This document shows positions 26,046 to 38,300 of a DNA stretch of 64,000 bases, in pieces. The position numbers were made by a program, and so were the translations under genes. The notes under the pieces are model-generated. The model worked only from the letters and a program-made list of their open reading frames with translations. It did not search any database and had not been told where the DNA came from. Location of the stretch: the NCBI GenBank assembly GCA_050273025.1, contig CP158635.1:11098001-11162000 (forward strand), given 5' to 3'. Numbering within the stretch: position 1 is the first letter of the stretch; each line of letters starts with the position of its first letter. This stretch comes from Cenococcum geophilum. Lineage: Eukaryota.

Positions 26046-26224
26046 TATATGTGGACGATATGTCGCGGACCTTGGGGGCTCGTGCGTAACCCGAGGTTAT
26101 GTCAAGCTTAACCCGGACCTCCGATACCTACAAGATAGAGTAACGAGCTGCTTTGCCGTTACTTCCTTCTGGTTGCCAGCCGAAATCTCCTGTCTTATGT
26201 TAAAAGTCACAGCCCCTATTCCTC

Positions 26225-27832
26225 ATGTTATCACTCTCTGTTAAGGTCGCCATAGCAGGGGTCCTCATCTTCGTTGTCCTTAAATGGATCAGGTCTGGGA
26301 CAAAGTCACTCCCAGAAGGAGCAAGGGAGCCTCCAGGCCCCTCGGGCAAACCTCTTGTCGGGAACCTGCTTGACATACCGCCATTCCATTCTTGGCTGAG
26401 ATTCAAGGAGTGGTCTGACCAATATGGCACTTTGTTCAAGCTGTCAATCGGAGGGGCACCCCATGTCGTGGTCTCCACAGAGAAGGTCGCGAACGATCTC
26501 ATGCGAGAGCGAGGCACCTTGTACTCGGACCGCGAGCAGCTACCCATGGCCGCTCAGCTCTTGAGCGACAACTTACGTCCTCTCTTTCTTCCCTACGATA
26601 CCCTCTGGCGCAAAGGACGCAAGCTGATACACCACCTCACCACGGCCTCAGCGGCCACTTCCTACCAGCCAATACAACTAGAGGAGTCCACTCGTTTCCT
26701 ACGAGACCTGATTCAGGATCCCGCTTCTTACGAGCGCTACCTCGAACGCTACGCAGCTGGACTGATCATGCGCCTCGCTTTCGGTCAAACCATTTACACC
26801 GGCAATGAGCCCAGCGTGCGTCGTATCCTGGCAGTTGTGCACACTGTAGAACGCGTGGCGTCCCCTGGAGCATATCTTGTTGATTTATTTCCGTCTTTGA
26901 TGTATCTGCCTACCTTCTTGGCGCCCTTCAAGCAAGAAGGCCATGCACTCCACGCTGAAGAATTGTCGCTTTTCCGCCAGCTGCAAGCTGATGTCCAGTC
27001 TCGACTGGAAAAGAATGATCCTATTGCAGTGGACACGTTCACCGCCAAGTCTCTTGTCAATTCTGGCGAATATGATATGACACCAGACCAACTTGCCTAC
27101 GTCGTTGGCACACTTTTCGAAGCTGGCGCTGGCACGACCGCGGCTGCGATGATGAGCTTCTTGCTTGCCATGACGCTGCACCCAGACAAGTTTGAGATGC
27201 TACAGGCGGAGCTTGACAATGTTGTTGGAGCTGATCGCATGCCTACCTTTGAAGATATACCCTCTCTGCCTTATGTACGAGCTTGTGTCAAAGAGACGCT
27301 TCGCTGGCGACCAGTCACTGCAGGTGGAGTTCCTCACAAATCGACAAGAGACGACGTCTACGATGGCTTCTTCATAGCTAAAGGTACAAATGTTCATGGT
27401 AACCAGTGGGCTATTCATCGCGAGGCAGCACTATATCCCAATCCTGAACACTTCACTCCCGAGCGATGGTTGGAGCCGGCATATCCCACGTATAAGGAGC
27501 CATTGACCACTTATCCTAACCTACAGAACTACTCGGCATTCGGCTTTGGGAGACGTATATGCCCGGGGCAGAATATTGCGGAGAGGAGCTTGAACATCTT
27601 AACGGCCAGAATTGCTTGGGGTTGCGAGATCGGCAAGAAGAATGGTGTTAATCCGCCACTGTATGACTACACGAGCGGATTCAATGTGCAACCGAAGCCG
27701 TTCGACTTTGTATTGAATGCGAGGAAGGGAAGGGGAGAAATGGTAGAGAGGGAGTATCAGCAGATCTGGGGGAACAAGGCGGGTGTCGGCGAGAAAGGGC
27801 AATTCGAGCACCATGAATTCGCAACCCAATGA
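26225..27832 (+). CDS. Cytochrome P450 monooxygenase (CYP64-like), intronless, 535 aa
   Basis: N-terminal TM anchor, PPGP hinge, I-helix AGAGTT, ETLR (ExxR), PERW, heme motif FGFGRRICPG. Confidence 0.95.
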   Translation: MLSLSVKVAIAGVLIFVVLKWIRSGTKSLPEGAREPPGPSGKPLVGNLLDIPPFHSWLRFKEWSDQYGTLFKLSIGGAPHVVVSTEKVANDLMRERGTLYSDREQLPMAAQLLSDNLRPLFLPYDTLWRKGRKLIHHLTTASAATSYQPIQLEESTRFLRDLIQDPASYERYLERYAAGLIMRLAFGQTIYTGNEPSVRRILAVVHTVERVASPGAYLVDLFPSLMYLPTFLAPFKQEGHALHAEELSLFRQLQADVQSRLEKNDPIAVDTFTAKSLVNSGEYDMTPDQLAYVVGTLFEAGAGTTAAAMMSFLLAMTLHPDKFEMLQAELDNVVGADRMPTFEDIPSLPYVRACVKETLRWRPVTAGGVPHKSTRDDVYDGFFIAKGTNVHGNQWAIHREAALYPNPEHFTPERWLEPAYPTYKEPLTTYPNLQNYSAFGFGRRICPGQNIAERSLNILTARIAWGCEIGKKNGVNPPLYDYTSGFNVQPKPFDFVLNARKGRGEMVEREYQQIWGNKAGVGEKGQFEHHEFATQ

Positions 27833-29879
27833 GTGTCTCATTCTACAACTTCTTGTTTAACTTGAAGGTTCACCGTAAGTAGGGTACTACAATGTGGATC
27901 TGCTGGGTTCTGACTGCAAGTAGCAGTCTTACGCGCTGGGGAGTTGCCGCATGTTATGAGAAAGTTTGTGGGGACATGAATAGATGAGCATAATGCATTG
28001 AAGTTTGGCTTAATTTCACCGAGCTTAACTTCACCGAGCCTCTCTAGGTGATTTTGAAGGCTTCTATGCCATTCTTCACAATTCTATGCTTAGATAATCC
28101 GGGCGGTAATATTGCAACCAATTACGTCGCGGTTACTTTCGTATCATCGACCTCAAGAAAGTACCTTACAGCCCATTGAATGCGAGGTTAATGGCTACAA
28201 GACCCAGAGACCGCTCCAATTCTTAGCTGGAGAGCGTTAACGGGGCCTACATAATCCTCCACCTGAAGCTTCAAGCTTATCTCAGCCCGATCGCACGTAT
28301 TAGAACACTTAAAGCGCCGCCCCCATGAACTAATGCACCCCTTATCCAGATAGGTAAAGGCACGCCCCCTCTTTCACACCACGATAATTTTCCGCCCGAG
28401 GGGGCTCCGAGAGAAGAGAAATAATGAAGAGCTATCTGGCAAGTTCTGTTGTATCAAAGAACGCGGTCAATGACGAGTGTGACCTGTTGGCGCTCGAAGT
28501 ACCTCGACCCTCTTTTGTTCAAGGGTGCATTTCGGCGTGCGGGGATGCACTTTACAGCACTTTAACGAGATGAACTTGAAATTATAACGATGAAACCCTA
28601 GACTAGCCTAGTTCGAGGGCGTAATCTGCCGAAGAATGTGGAGATCTTTCTAGAGGCATTCCTTTTCTTAACTCCTCTAATAAATATAAGATTGTATTGA
28701 GCCGTAGATTACCGTTATGAGCCCGGAGATCTTAAGCGCGATCCCGTAATGGAATGTAAATGTTGTGCCCTAGGAGAAGATCTGGCCAACCCAGCCAACC
28801 AGATCTTTCCCTGATTTACGCATTTTGCCAAACATATGTCAAACACAACTGGTATTACCAGGTTACTAGTGCTTCTAGGCTATGGTAACTGCTCCTTTAA
28901 GGAGTATCCTAACGAAGAATCATCTCCCAGGCTTAGCACTCACCACACCTGCTTTTTGGGGGCCATTTCAAAGTCTGATTGCCTGTCGACGGGCCTGTAA
29001 AACGCCTACAGGGGAAGACAGCCGTTTTCATGTGGATATAAAAAATCATGTGATGCACTGCGCCACCATGCAAGGTATTCGTACGATCGAACTCCAACGT
29101 GGACGGAGTCCTCGTCCCGGATGAATGCCGAGTCGTTTACCGATCAAGAGGATGCTCCTTCCAATCCGGGATGACGATGAATACGTCGGCCTCTTATTTG
29201 GCCGTACAGGAGACCGATAAGCGGTCCTTTCAATGCACCGTGGTTCGGTATCCCTTTTCTTTGTGCCTCGGCTTGACTGAAAGATTCTAAGAAAATGACG
29301 CTGTTAGTTTGAGATAATACCAACATAATTCCCAAATGATATACGAGGACCCTGCTCCTACGAACATGATTAAGTTACGCATCAACGGCCCACGAAGGTT
29401 GCATACGTACTGCAAGACTTCGTCCAATTTTAGTTTCCTCCATCCTTGCTCTTCAACGGCGTGAATTTGTAAAGCACTGAAGAAGCAGCCTGCAAAATTT
29501 TAAGCACATAACGTGAGCGAATCACCGCTCCCGAACGTGTAGAATGTCAGTGTAGCATCTCGCCTAATTTGCATTGTTGGTGTACGGTTGCACCGATCTA
29601 CACGAGCGCAGCGAGTCACCCAATGCCTCAGGTACCGACATTAGTGCTGCATGACGCCTGGCGAGCATGTCTCGGAGATTGGGAACTTTGGAACATTCAG
29701 AAGGACGGCGATCGACACATGTGAACGACCAACGCGACTTGTTTCGGCTTGTGTTCTGTGAGGCAGAATTTCAACCGCAGTCTGGCCGGCCCAGGAAAAG
29801 CTAGAGTCGTATCACGGTCTGGATGTGGTAATCCAACGTGGCGGCCAAGCTTTCCCAGGAATCATTTACTTGATTCTTT

Positions 29880-30230
29880 CGTGTGTTTCTTTGGATGCGC
29901 TGCGGAACTAAACCTTTGCGTTTTTACCGTCGCGGCACACCGCTTCAGCAACCCGGCGCAGCAGACGTTCCAGTTTCGCAATCTGCGGGAAAAGTATCGC
30001 CGCGAAATGCAATGGAGTATCATCACACCATCGGCTAGTGCTCTAGATGAGTGACAGCGCCGGAGCATAGGTGACTTTTCCAAGAATAAGAGACACAGCT
30101 AAATGAGGAGCCGTGTTGTCTGTAGACGCAGAATGTCGAGCAGCGTCCGGCTGCCTGCCAGTTATTCTTTCCTAGAGAGGTTTGCACTTTGTGGTACTCG
30201 CCTTTAGTGAGGCAGCCAATTGGAATAACT
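29880..30230 (-). pseudogene. Ankyrin-repeat gene relic
   Basis: In-frame TDNTAPHLAVSL (from 30123) and DDTPLHFAAIL (~30021), 32 codons apart, with an internal TAG stop and a downstream stop; absent from the ORF track. Confidence 0.55.
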
Positions 30231-31261
30231 ATGGACTGACAAGCAGGATGCTTGTCTCTTTGATTTGGCCTCGTCTGCCCGCCAATCATTAATTGTTCTG
30301 CCTCAAACTCCATTCCTGGTTTGGGGTGGCCTGCTTCCTCGGTGCTGGCTGCCAGGGTGGCCCACATACTTTGCCGAGACCAACCACCACGCATAGCACG
30401 TGGCTACAGGGGCACAGCAAAGTCCGGCAAACTCTGTTAGGTGGGGCTGGAGGGACATTCTACGGAGGGTGTAACCGTAAGGCTGATGGCGCAGCTGGAA
30501 CTCGGTTGAGCGAAGTTGAAGGTCGTCAGCCACTCACAAAACCTAAGTCACTTCAAACCTCCCGCACAAGCTAATTACCCTAGGATGTAGTTATGTACCT
30601 CCCTCGCCCACGTTAACCACAGCCCATGTTACCGAGTTAATTCGCCTGGGTGAGACATTTGATGCCCAGTCTTGAGGTTTGAGTATTTCGGCAGAGACAG
30701 ACGTCTCGGCACAACTGAGTCGTTACGTTAAGCAGTACATTCTTCCAACATGAGTGCCACTCCATTCCCAACGGGCGATTCCCAACGGGCGGTATCAATT
30801 CGAGAACCCCGCAGCTGAGTACCGAACCAATCGATACTCTCAGTTCTCCGCTCCAGCAGGGAATTCCCGCAACTCTTTTGTGTCGCACGGCGTCGCGTCA
30901 GCTGTTCTGTGCCTCGTCGGCCGACTAGCGCTCACCGTTACGTCGCAGAGGCCGGCACAAAGCAAAGGAAAGCTTAATACCGAGTAGTTCTATATTTAGT
31001 ACACTTGTTTTGTCGCTCGCTGTCATTTCTTTGAAACACAAGGTCACTTTAGCGGACCTCTCGCATTGCCGCAACACCAGTGGCTGATTCAGATTTTTTT
31101 TTATAGATTTTTCATCTAGAAGACGCCAGGTCTTTCAAATTACAACAGCATAGGGTCTAATGGTCTTGCTTCCAACAAAGTTTGATACCAAGCACCGCGA
31201 AACCAGCCTCGGCCTTCCCGCTCTGTACGCCAAAAAAATAAAATAAACAAAGTTTGGAGAA

Positions 31262-31840
31262 CTACCCTTGCGGTACAATAGTCTTGCTGAAAGGATCCTC
31301 TGGGCTTTCGGCCCATCTCACTACTGGTAACTTCCCTAACTCTCCCAACCCGACAGTGGCATCAATGCATTCAGCGAGTCGGAGACACTTCGCCGCAGCA
31401 AGGACGTCTTTAATGCTTTCGTCGAACTTTCCCACCGGGTCATGGTGCATAAGACGTTCATGAGTGGCAAGATTCTCTACCGTCAAGCGACTGTTGGACG
31501 TAGACTGTGATGGAGAATTTCGGGTCGCACAGTTGCAGCGATCCTCTCCAGGCGCGATGATGCCGGATGGACGGCAGAAAGTATTTTCGATGGTATTGCA
31601 TCCGTCTTGTAGTGAATGGAGGAACTGTGCGCCGATATGGTCATAAGTCTGATTAGGATTATTGTGACTTGTGCTTTGTTGATAATGTGTGGCGGCAGTA
31701 TTTAGCTCCATGGTGTAACCAAGGCGCTCTGTGTGGATGGAGGTGGGATGGTTGACTGCGGTGCTGTACATCAAGCCAGTAAGCTCATAGCCGGGCAAAG
31801 AGAAGAGATTGTTGAAAAACATCACTACTTGAGGACTCAC
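31262..31840 (-). CDS. Hypothetical protein (192 aa)
   Basis: Longest ATG-initiated ORF in its neighbourhood with plausible composition; no recognised domain. Confidence 0.4.
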   Translation of the reverse strand: MSPQVVMFFNNLFSLPGYELTGLMYSTAVNHPTSIHTERLGYTMELNTAATHYQQSTSHNNPNQTYDHIGAQFLHSLQDGCNTIENTFCRPSGIIAPGEDRCNCATRNSPSQSTSNSRLTVENLATHERLMHHDPVGKFDESIKDVLAAAKCLRLAECIDATVGLGELGKLPVVRWAESPEDPFSKTIVPQG

Positions 31841-33342
31841 GAGCTGAAATCATTGCTCTCCGACGTGCAAGATTGGCGTTGAGAGGTCCGAGTCATAGGG
31901 AGAAACGAACAAAAAAGTTTCAGATAAGGGAGGGTTAGGCTTGATAGCGAAGTAAATATGAGATAGAATATCTCGTATCGTATGGACGTTTTTCTAGATA
32001 GAAGAAGACAAATTATCCTTAGGGGGAGGAAGGGGAGGAGGTGGTGGACAGGTGGTCTGGATGGGAACCTGACATGACGAGGAACGAGCAATTGTATGTA
32101 TGCACAGAAGCTCTGCAGCAGCTTGAAAAGAAGGCAAACGACACTCTGCGAGATCTGTGTTCTGCGTTCCTTTTCCTGCTAAGTTGACTCCATATTGTGC
32201 TGCTTCTCGAGGCGCCCCCAACGCCGCAAGATTCTCTTCATGCCCGAGACTAGAACATGCAAGGATGGGCAAAGAAAAGCGGCGGGGTGCTAGGTGCGTG
32301 AAGTGGCCGTCATCTTCTTGAGTGGCCATCAATTGGAGCTAAATCGGTTCATGAATTCGGTTGCACTTCTACACGTTACGGAGGCGGCGAGCAGCGCCCT
32401 GGCGGGGTCCGGTGCGAATGGCCCGCCTTACCGTATAGGGTTAGTCCATCGAGACAGGTATCGGTGGCTGCTAGTCGCTGCTGCTGCGATCCACTCAGCA
32501 CGTCGACGACCGCCCTTAAGGCGGACACAGAGTTCTGGGGAGGGTGAAGTTGCAGAACCTCAGCAGTACAGGCACCTTGCAACATACCCCACTATGCCGA
32601 CGCCGCAGCCTCCCGAACTACTTGTCATTAGAGATGATGATTGCTCGCCACGACTGTCCCAAGGTAGCGTGTTAGGATCATGCCTGTAAGTCAAGGGCGG
32701 CAAGGCGCTTTCAACCCTCAACGCCAGCTGCCCGTAATGCCTGCCGGGCGCCCAGCAGCCACATCCAATTTCCCTACCGAAAATCAGAGCCGCAGAAACC
32801 ACATCACGAGAATGTAAAATTTCGGAAAAAATTAAAGCGTTTTCTTTCTATACGCGAATTTCGCTTCCTATGTTTTCACCATAATAATACAGTATTTTAT
32901 CTGAGATACGACCAATCGCCTTGCAGGGAATCGTGATGAACCGGCTTTATGAGACTACATCTTTGTGAAGATTATCCCCCTCTGTATTTACTATCCGGCG
33001 AGTTACCTGATGAGTGCAGAATATCCAGCACCCTCTGCGGCATAGCCAGCGAGAGTTTAATGTTCTACGGTCATATCGTGCTGATTGATTGGTGGTTGTC
33101 CGAGAACTGGGAGAACCAAGCAACAGCTCTCGGCTATGACAGTCCCTTGTTACCCACATACCAATGATCCGAGTGCTTTTTGATGCCTAAGAATATCTAC
33201 AGAGGTGTTAGGTTACTGACAATAGCACCCCGTATTTCTAAGCGAGAGAAAGTTATATAACTGGAATATACGTACCAAAACCCTAGGAGAATTATTTTAC
33301 CAGGTTGCATGACGGTTGCAAGGCCCTACCAGTGTCCAGCGA

Positions 33343-33515
33343 ACTTGCCTCCGGTAAGTGTCGGCCAGCTTAATGGGACTAGATTTACCAAGACTTACTA
33401 ATATAATTAAAATAAAATTAAAATTAAAATTATTTATTTATTTAGGTTCTAAAAAAAACCTAACATTAAGATGGGTACTGGCCGTTGAGCTGGCCGGCAC
33501 TTACCAGAGGTAAGT
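33343..33515. mobile_element. Small MITE relic with ~34-bp TIRs and AT-rich core
   Basis: Left ACTTGCCTCCGGTAAGTGTCGGCCAGCTTAATGG matches the reverse complement of the right end ACTTACCTCTGGTAAGTGCCGGCCAGCTCAACGG with transition mismatches only; no clear TSD. Confidence 0.75.
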
Positions 33516-36311
33516 GCATTTGCGACAGCGGCACGGGTAGGAGGTGAAGCTAGGATGGCGACATTGTAGGGCTGACGGTCGTGCGCTTCCGAACATGCGA
33601 CACTCGTCCGCAGCTGCTACGAGTGCTTTGTGTCTTGGCCCTGCAGGACAACAAGAGCAAGGAAGCAAGGAAACAAGAGATAACCAGGGTTAAGTCGCAG
33701 TGGTAACGATCCTGTCCAACTGCGCTGCAGATCTCAACTAGGATAGCCCTGACACACTTCTGGACGCCCTGTGTCAACATGGATGGCATCAAAGTAGTGT
33801 GCAGCAGGCGGCCGTGCTGGACACTAATTCAGCACAGCAGTGCGCGCGTGCGCGTGCGCGCAGACTCCAGCGTTGATCACACCAGCATGAGGCCCGGGTT
33901 CGTTGCAACTGTCTTCTTGAGATCTGTGTCCTAAGCTTTCTTGTGGAGTGCTGCATCCTGTTCCCCAGCTGTCTGCGCTGAATAATTTGCTCTACACAGT
34001 CCATCCGTGACCTGCGGCGAGAACGAGCTGCAAATATGAATGCCGAAGCCTACCTATTGTACCCTCGTGATAAAATATGGGAATTACTCGAACAAACAAT
34101 CCCAGCTGCTATTATATATTTACATGAGTCGGAGATTCTCGTTTCTAGGACTATTTCGAAACAGCTGGCCTGGTACTCGGCCGCTCATAACCCCCATGTC
34201 CCTCGGCATGGAGTTTCAAGGGAGCAAGCCTGCAGACGGCAAGAAGCACCATGTGTCTGCCTGCAGCCAGGGGCAGGCTGAAAGCCGCCCACTTCTTGCC
34301 GCCCGCAAGAGCTGTGACCCTGAATCTTCACGCTCCCCGGTCCTCTGCCCACCACCATCAGCACAAGCCCACCGCTTTGAGCGCCGCTGGTGCCGCTGCG
34401 GCCGCTCGGCCGCTTCTGCTGCTTCGCCGCTTCTGCTCAAACAGCACCAGTTCTGGACACACCCTGGCCCGGACTGAGCAGAACTAGAGACAATAATAAT
34501 CCCGCATGCGTCACGGCCGCACAAGGTCATTCAATGCGGTGCTAGCTACTGCGGGAGAGCGCCGCCTACTCCCTTTGCCCATCCGTGCACGCAGGAGGTG
34601 GGAGCTGACGAAATACGACTTGGCGGGAGGTGTATAATAGCGACGCAGTGCACACAATATTCGAGATCGACAGTCAGCTGCTGCGGTTCAAGTGGCTTCT
34701 ACCAAACAAAGCACACAAGTGCTCCCTTGTGTTATTCACCTTGATTCTTGCAACGCTCGCCCCGATCCTTAAAAGCTGGGCATACAAGATACTGCAGGGT
34801 CGTTCAATCATATCCCTCCGACCACAAGGCTGCATCCAATTACGCAAGGAATATTTGCACCCACGCGTCCCAGCGATGCCCGCCTGATAGTCAGACATTG
34901 CTTAACGTTTAGGGGACGTCAACAGCCTCTCTCCTTTACATTCCTGCAAGGAACCTAGGCCAGCGGGTAGCCCGGAAATATCGACGCACTTATGCTTGCT
35001 ATTTGAGATATTTGGGATTTATTTTCCTTGGCTATCAAGCATGATCGAAGGATAACGCATCTCCGAACCACTTACAAATATTTGAAATGGGTTATATCGC
35101 ATGACTTGGAACATGAATCAATTGACTTCACGCATCCATTGAAATTTCGCCATGCAAAGTGAGACCAACAGAGACACCGTTATCATCTCATTAAAAAAAA
35201 CTGTTCAACGAGTCAATGGATCGTGTTTCATTCTAAAGGGTATCTTAAAGCATACCACCGACAAAAAGTCTCAGCGCACAGCAAATTACAAGGGAATTTT
35301 GGGTGAATTGGTCTATAGTTAGCTAGTAGCGATCTTCCTTAGTTTGCGTGATTGACATGTTGGAAAGTCTCCTACATGCCTTATTGCGTGGATCCTGATT
35401 GCGAAGTCAAAGAAACATGCTGACATGGGTAGCATACGGCCGAATCCTTCGTCATGGCTCGCGGTGGATAATCATGGGAAGCTGGGAACCGGAACTTTAC
35501 TTTTTAATGCTTTGACAAGGATCTATTATGCCACCGGCATATTTCGAAAATGAACCCAATTGCTAATGCAACCCGCCCGTGGTAGCCCGCCTTCGTTGAC
35601 CGGAACGAGGCGCCAAACGTGTTCGCAGCTGCGATGCGTGATGATGCACTCGCCCTGGTGGTGGTCCCCTAGTTGCCCCGCGTGCGGGTTCCAGGGTTCC
35701 CGGCCAGCCGGCCGCCCCATCACGCCTGTGATGCCCCAGTGCCCCTATGACATTCAACGAGTGCCTTGCGAACACATCATCATAATCGAAGTCAAAAATA
35801 GTTAAAGTGATTCCAGCTGGCCAGGGTCGTGGTGACTGCTGCACGCCAAGCCAGCTTAAAACCACATTGTCGGGTACAGCGAGTGGTCCTACGTTCCGGG
35901 CCTTTTTCGCCCTGGGGTAATCAAACAACCAAGGCCGTGTGGACCTTAATGGAGTCGCTCGTGCTATCCGTCAGGTTTCAATTATTTATCGAAGGAGCCA
36001 ATGACATCGTGTTGGGGCGTATGTCATGTGCGAAAGAGAGATGCGAGTTATGATGAGCCATGGGCAAGGATTCTTAATTAGTGTGGCAGGTAACGTGTGT
36101 TGGTGGCTTGTATTGGTGGCTTGTATAATAATGTACCCTTGCGGAATGGCTAGTTCTGTTAGAAGAGAATTTCAATGAATTGCAATCGTTAAAATGGGTT
36201 AAAAGCAAAAAAAAACCGTTAAGCTCAAGGAAATAAAGCCGAAGATAAAATACGCCGAGATAAAGGCGGAAGTTTCTTTAATAGACATAGCAGGCTCACC
36301 GGAAATACTTT

Positions 36312-38300
36312 TCACATCATAATATACAGTCTATCCATAATAACCAAACTCCATTTCAGCACTACCGGCCGGCTAGTTATATTGACCGCAATCTTCTCCG
36401 CAATCATGTAACAGGTAGACTGCGGATGGCCAGGTGGCAGTATAGGGAATATACTGACATCAACGACTCGTAAGTTTTGGACGCCAAATACTCTCGCTGT
36501 TGAATCCACCACAGCCATGGAATCGCTGGACTTGCCCATGGCGCAGGTAGCAGAGGCATGTCACACTTGCACGGCACTATTCCGAATAAAGTTAAGGATA
36601 TCTGCATCGTTGGTGACGTTGGGGCCAGGCAGGCATTCGTCTCCAATAGTGATGTTTAGGGGTGCCCAAACCTGCCGCGTACGCTTGAACGTCGCAAGTG
36701 CGACTTTGACATCGACCGGATGCGTAAGCCAATTCGGATTGATGACCAGAGCAACGTTGGTGTCTGTGCTGGTGATCGTGACGTTGCCGCGTAAGAGGGA
36801 TGCTACTTGGGCGGCAGCGACAGAGCCATAATTGTAGCTGTCAATTATTTGACCAATGCATTGTGCCAGCACCCTAGCACACCGTCAAGAGCAAGGTATT
36901 CCACCTCAGACCAATCAGACGGGAAGGCCTCTAGGGCGGTTTGAGTCGCGCTGGCTAAGTTTGCCCGAACGGCGTCGGGTAGTTTCTCCCATCCGATGAC
37001 CCCGAAACCACCAGCGGTTAAGGGTCCTGTACCAGAGGCATAGTTAACCAGAGACTCTACCGCCCAGGCCACGTCGTTTGTCAAACGGGAACTGGTGGCA
37101 ACGTCGACGCCGTAGACGGAGCCGAGCATAACATGATCCCACATATTCTGGCCAACGCTTGCGAGGTCTGATATGACCTTGATTCCAAGGCTCTTCAATG
37201 TTGCGCTAGGCCCAATTCCAGACACCATGAGAAATTGAGGGGATTGCGGAGAGAATGACTTCTTTTCTAGCAGTCAGAGTCCACGTGATGCCCACTTGCC
37301 GCACCTGTAGACCGCTAGCAACATTTGTATAGTAGCATAAACTGTAATCCCGGTCTTTTACATAGCTAGAGAGAGAAAGCTAGTTCCTGAAGAGTCTCTG
37401 GACTCCCCAGATAGTCTAATAGTTGCGGGAACCCAAGACGAACCGGACAGACTACCGCTGTTGAAGTCGGCGCCGGGTTTGATTCCAATAGCAGCTAGAC
37501 CTTGTTCCACCCAAATGGAGAGCGAGGAAGCCAAGTTAGGCCAGGAGAAATGTCGAAGACGCCTGGGTTATAAGTTACTGAAGAATTTGCGGTTCGCTTT
37601 GACGTATTTGGGGCGGTAAGCGTGCAGATTTTCTCGTAGTATGGCAGCAGGTTTCTAAAGGCGTAACTACCGTCTCCAACCAAATCCACCCATTTCTGGA
37701 GCGAGTTATTTGCAGGTCTGTCGTAAATTAGCTCTGCACGAATACAGATATATTTCACTCCATAATGATGTAGCGAAGAAGAGTGCCGGATTAAAGTTTA
37801 CAAACACACAAATCGGAACCTAGAATGGCAAAGAGAGTCAAATTAATAATAACGGGGTAGGATTACTTATGATATGCCATGAAGCTACGACCTGAAGTCC
37901 CGCCAAGACATTTATCACGAGCATAGTGTATCTTTCTATTCGCCGCTCCCTACACAAATCATGAGCACGATGCCCATTTTCTTATTGAATTTAATAAACG
38001 TACTACTTGAGGTATTGTCACAAAACCCCAATCAACTAAATCGGTGTCAGTAAGATCCGTTCTAGTGGCTTGTATTGCCGCAAAACCTGGTATAATGCTG
38101 AGTTTAAAATTTCATAATACCCACCAGCCTCCACGAGTGCCACTGAAACAGAAGAGGTTGCAGCTAGTCTCGCAGCTATTGCCAAGCCAGAAGTGCCACT
38201 ACCGATGACAACATAGTCGTAAGTGGCATCGATGAATGGAAGACAGTAGGAACTAGAAAAAACACAGGACACTAGAGAGAGCGAAATGATGCATTTCTGG
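36312..38300 (-). pseudogene. GMC oxidoreductase pseudogene (glucose oxidase/choline dehydrogenase/versicolorin B synthase-like family)
   Basis: YDYVVIGSGTSG FAD motif, LMVSGIGP, VGQNMWDH, VFGVQNLRVVD, PPGHPQST; in-frame TGA at 36561-36563 directly before the catalytic HASATC; frameshifts near 36870 and 37245. Confidence 0.88.

Noticed and set aside
28714..28724. Copia-type PBS word GTTATGAGCCC
   Set aside because: No convincing TG...CA LTR directly upstream and no gag downstream; at most a tiny relic.
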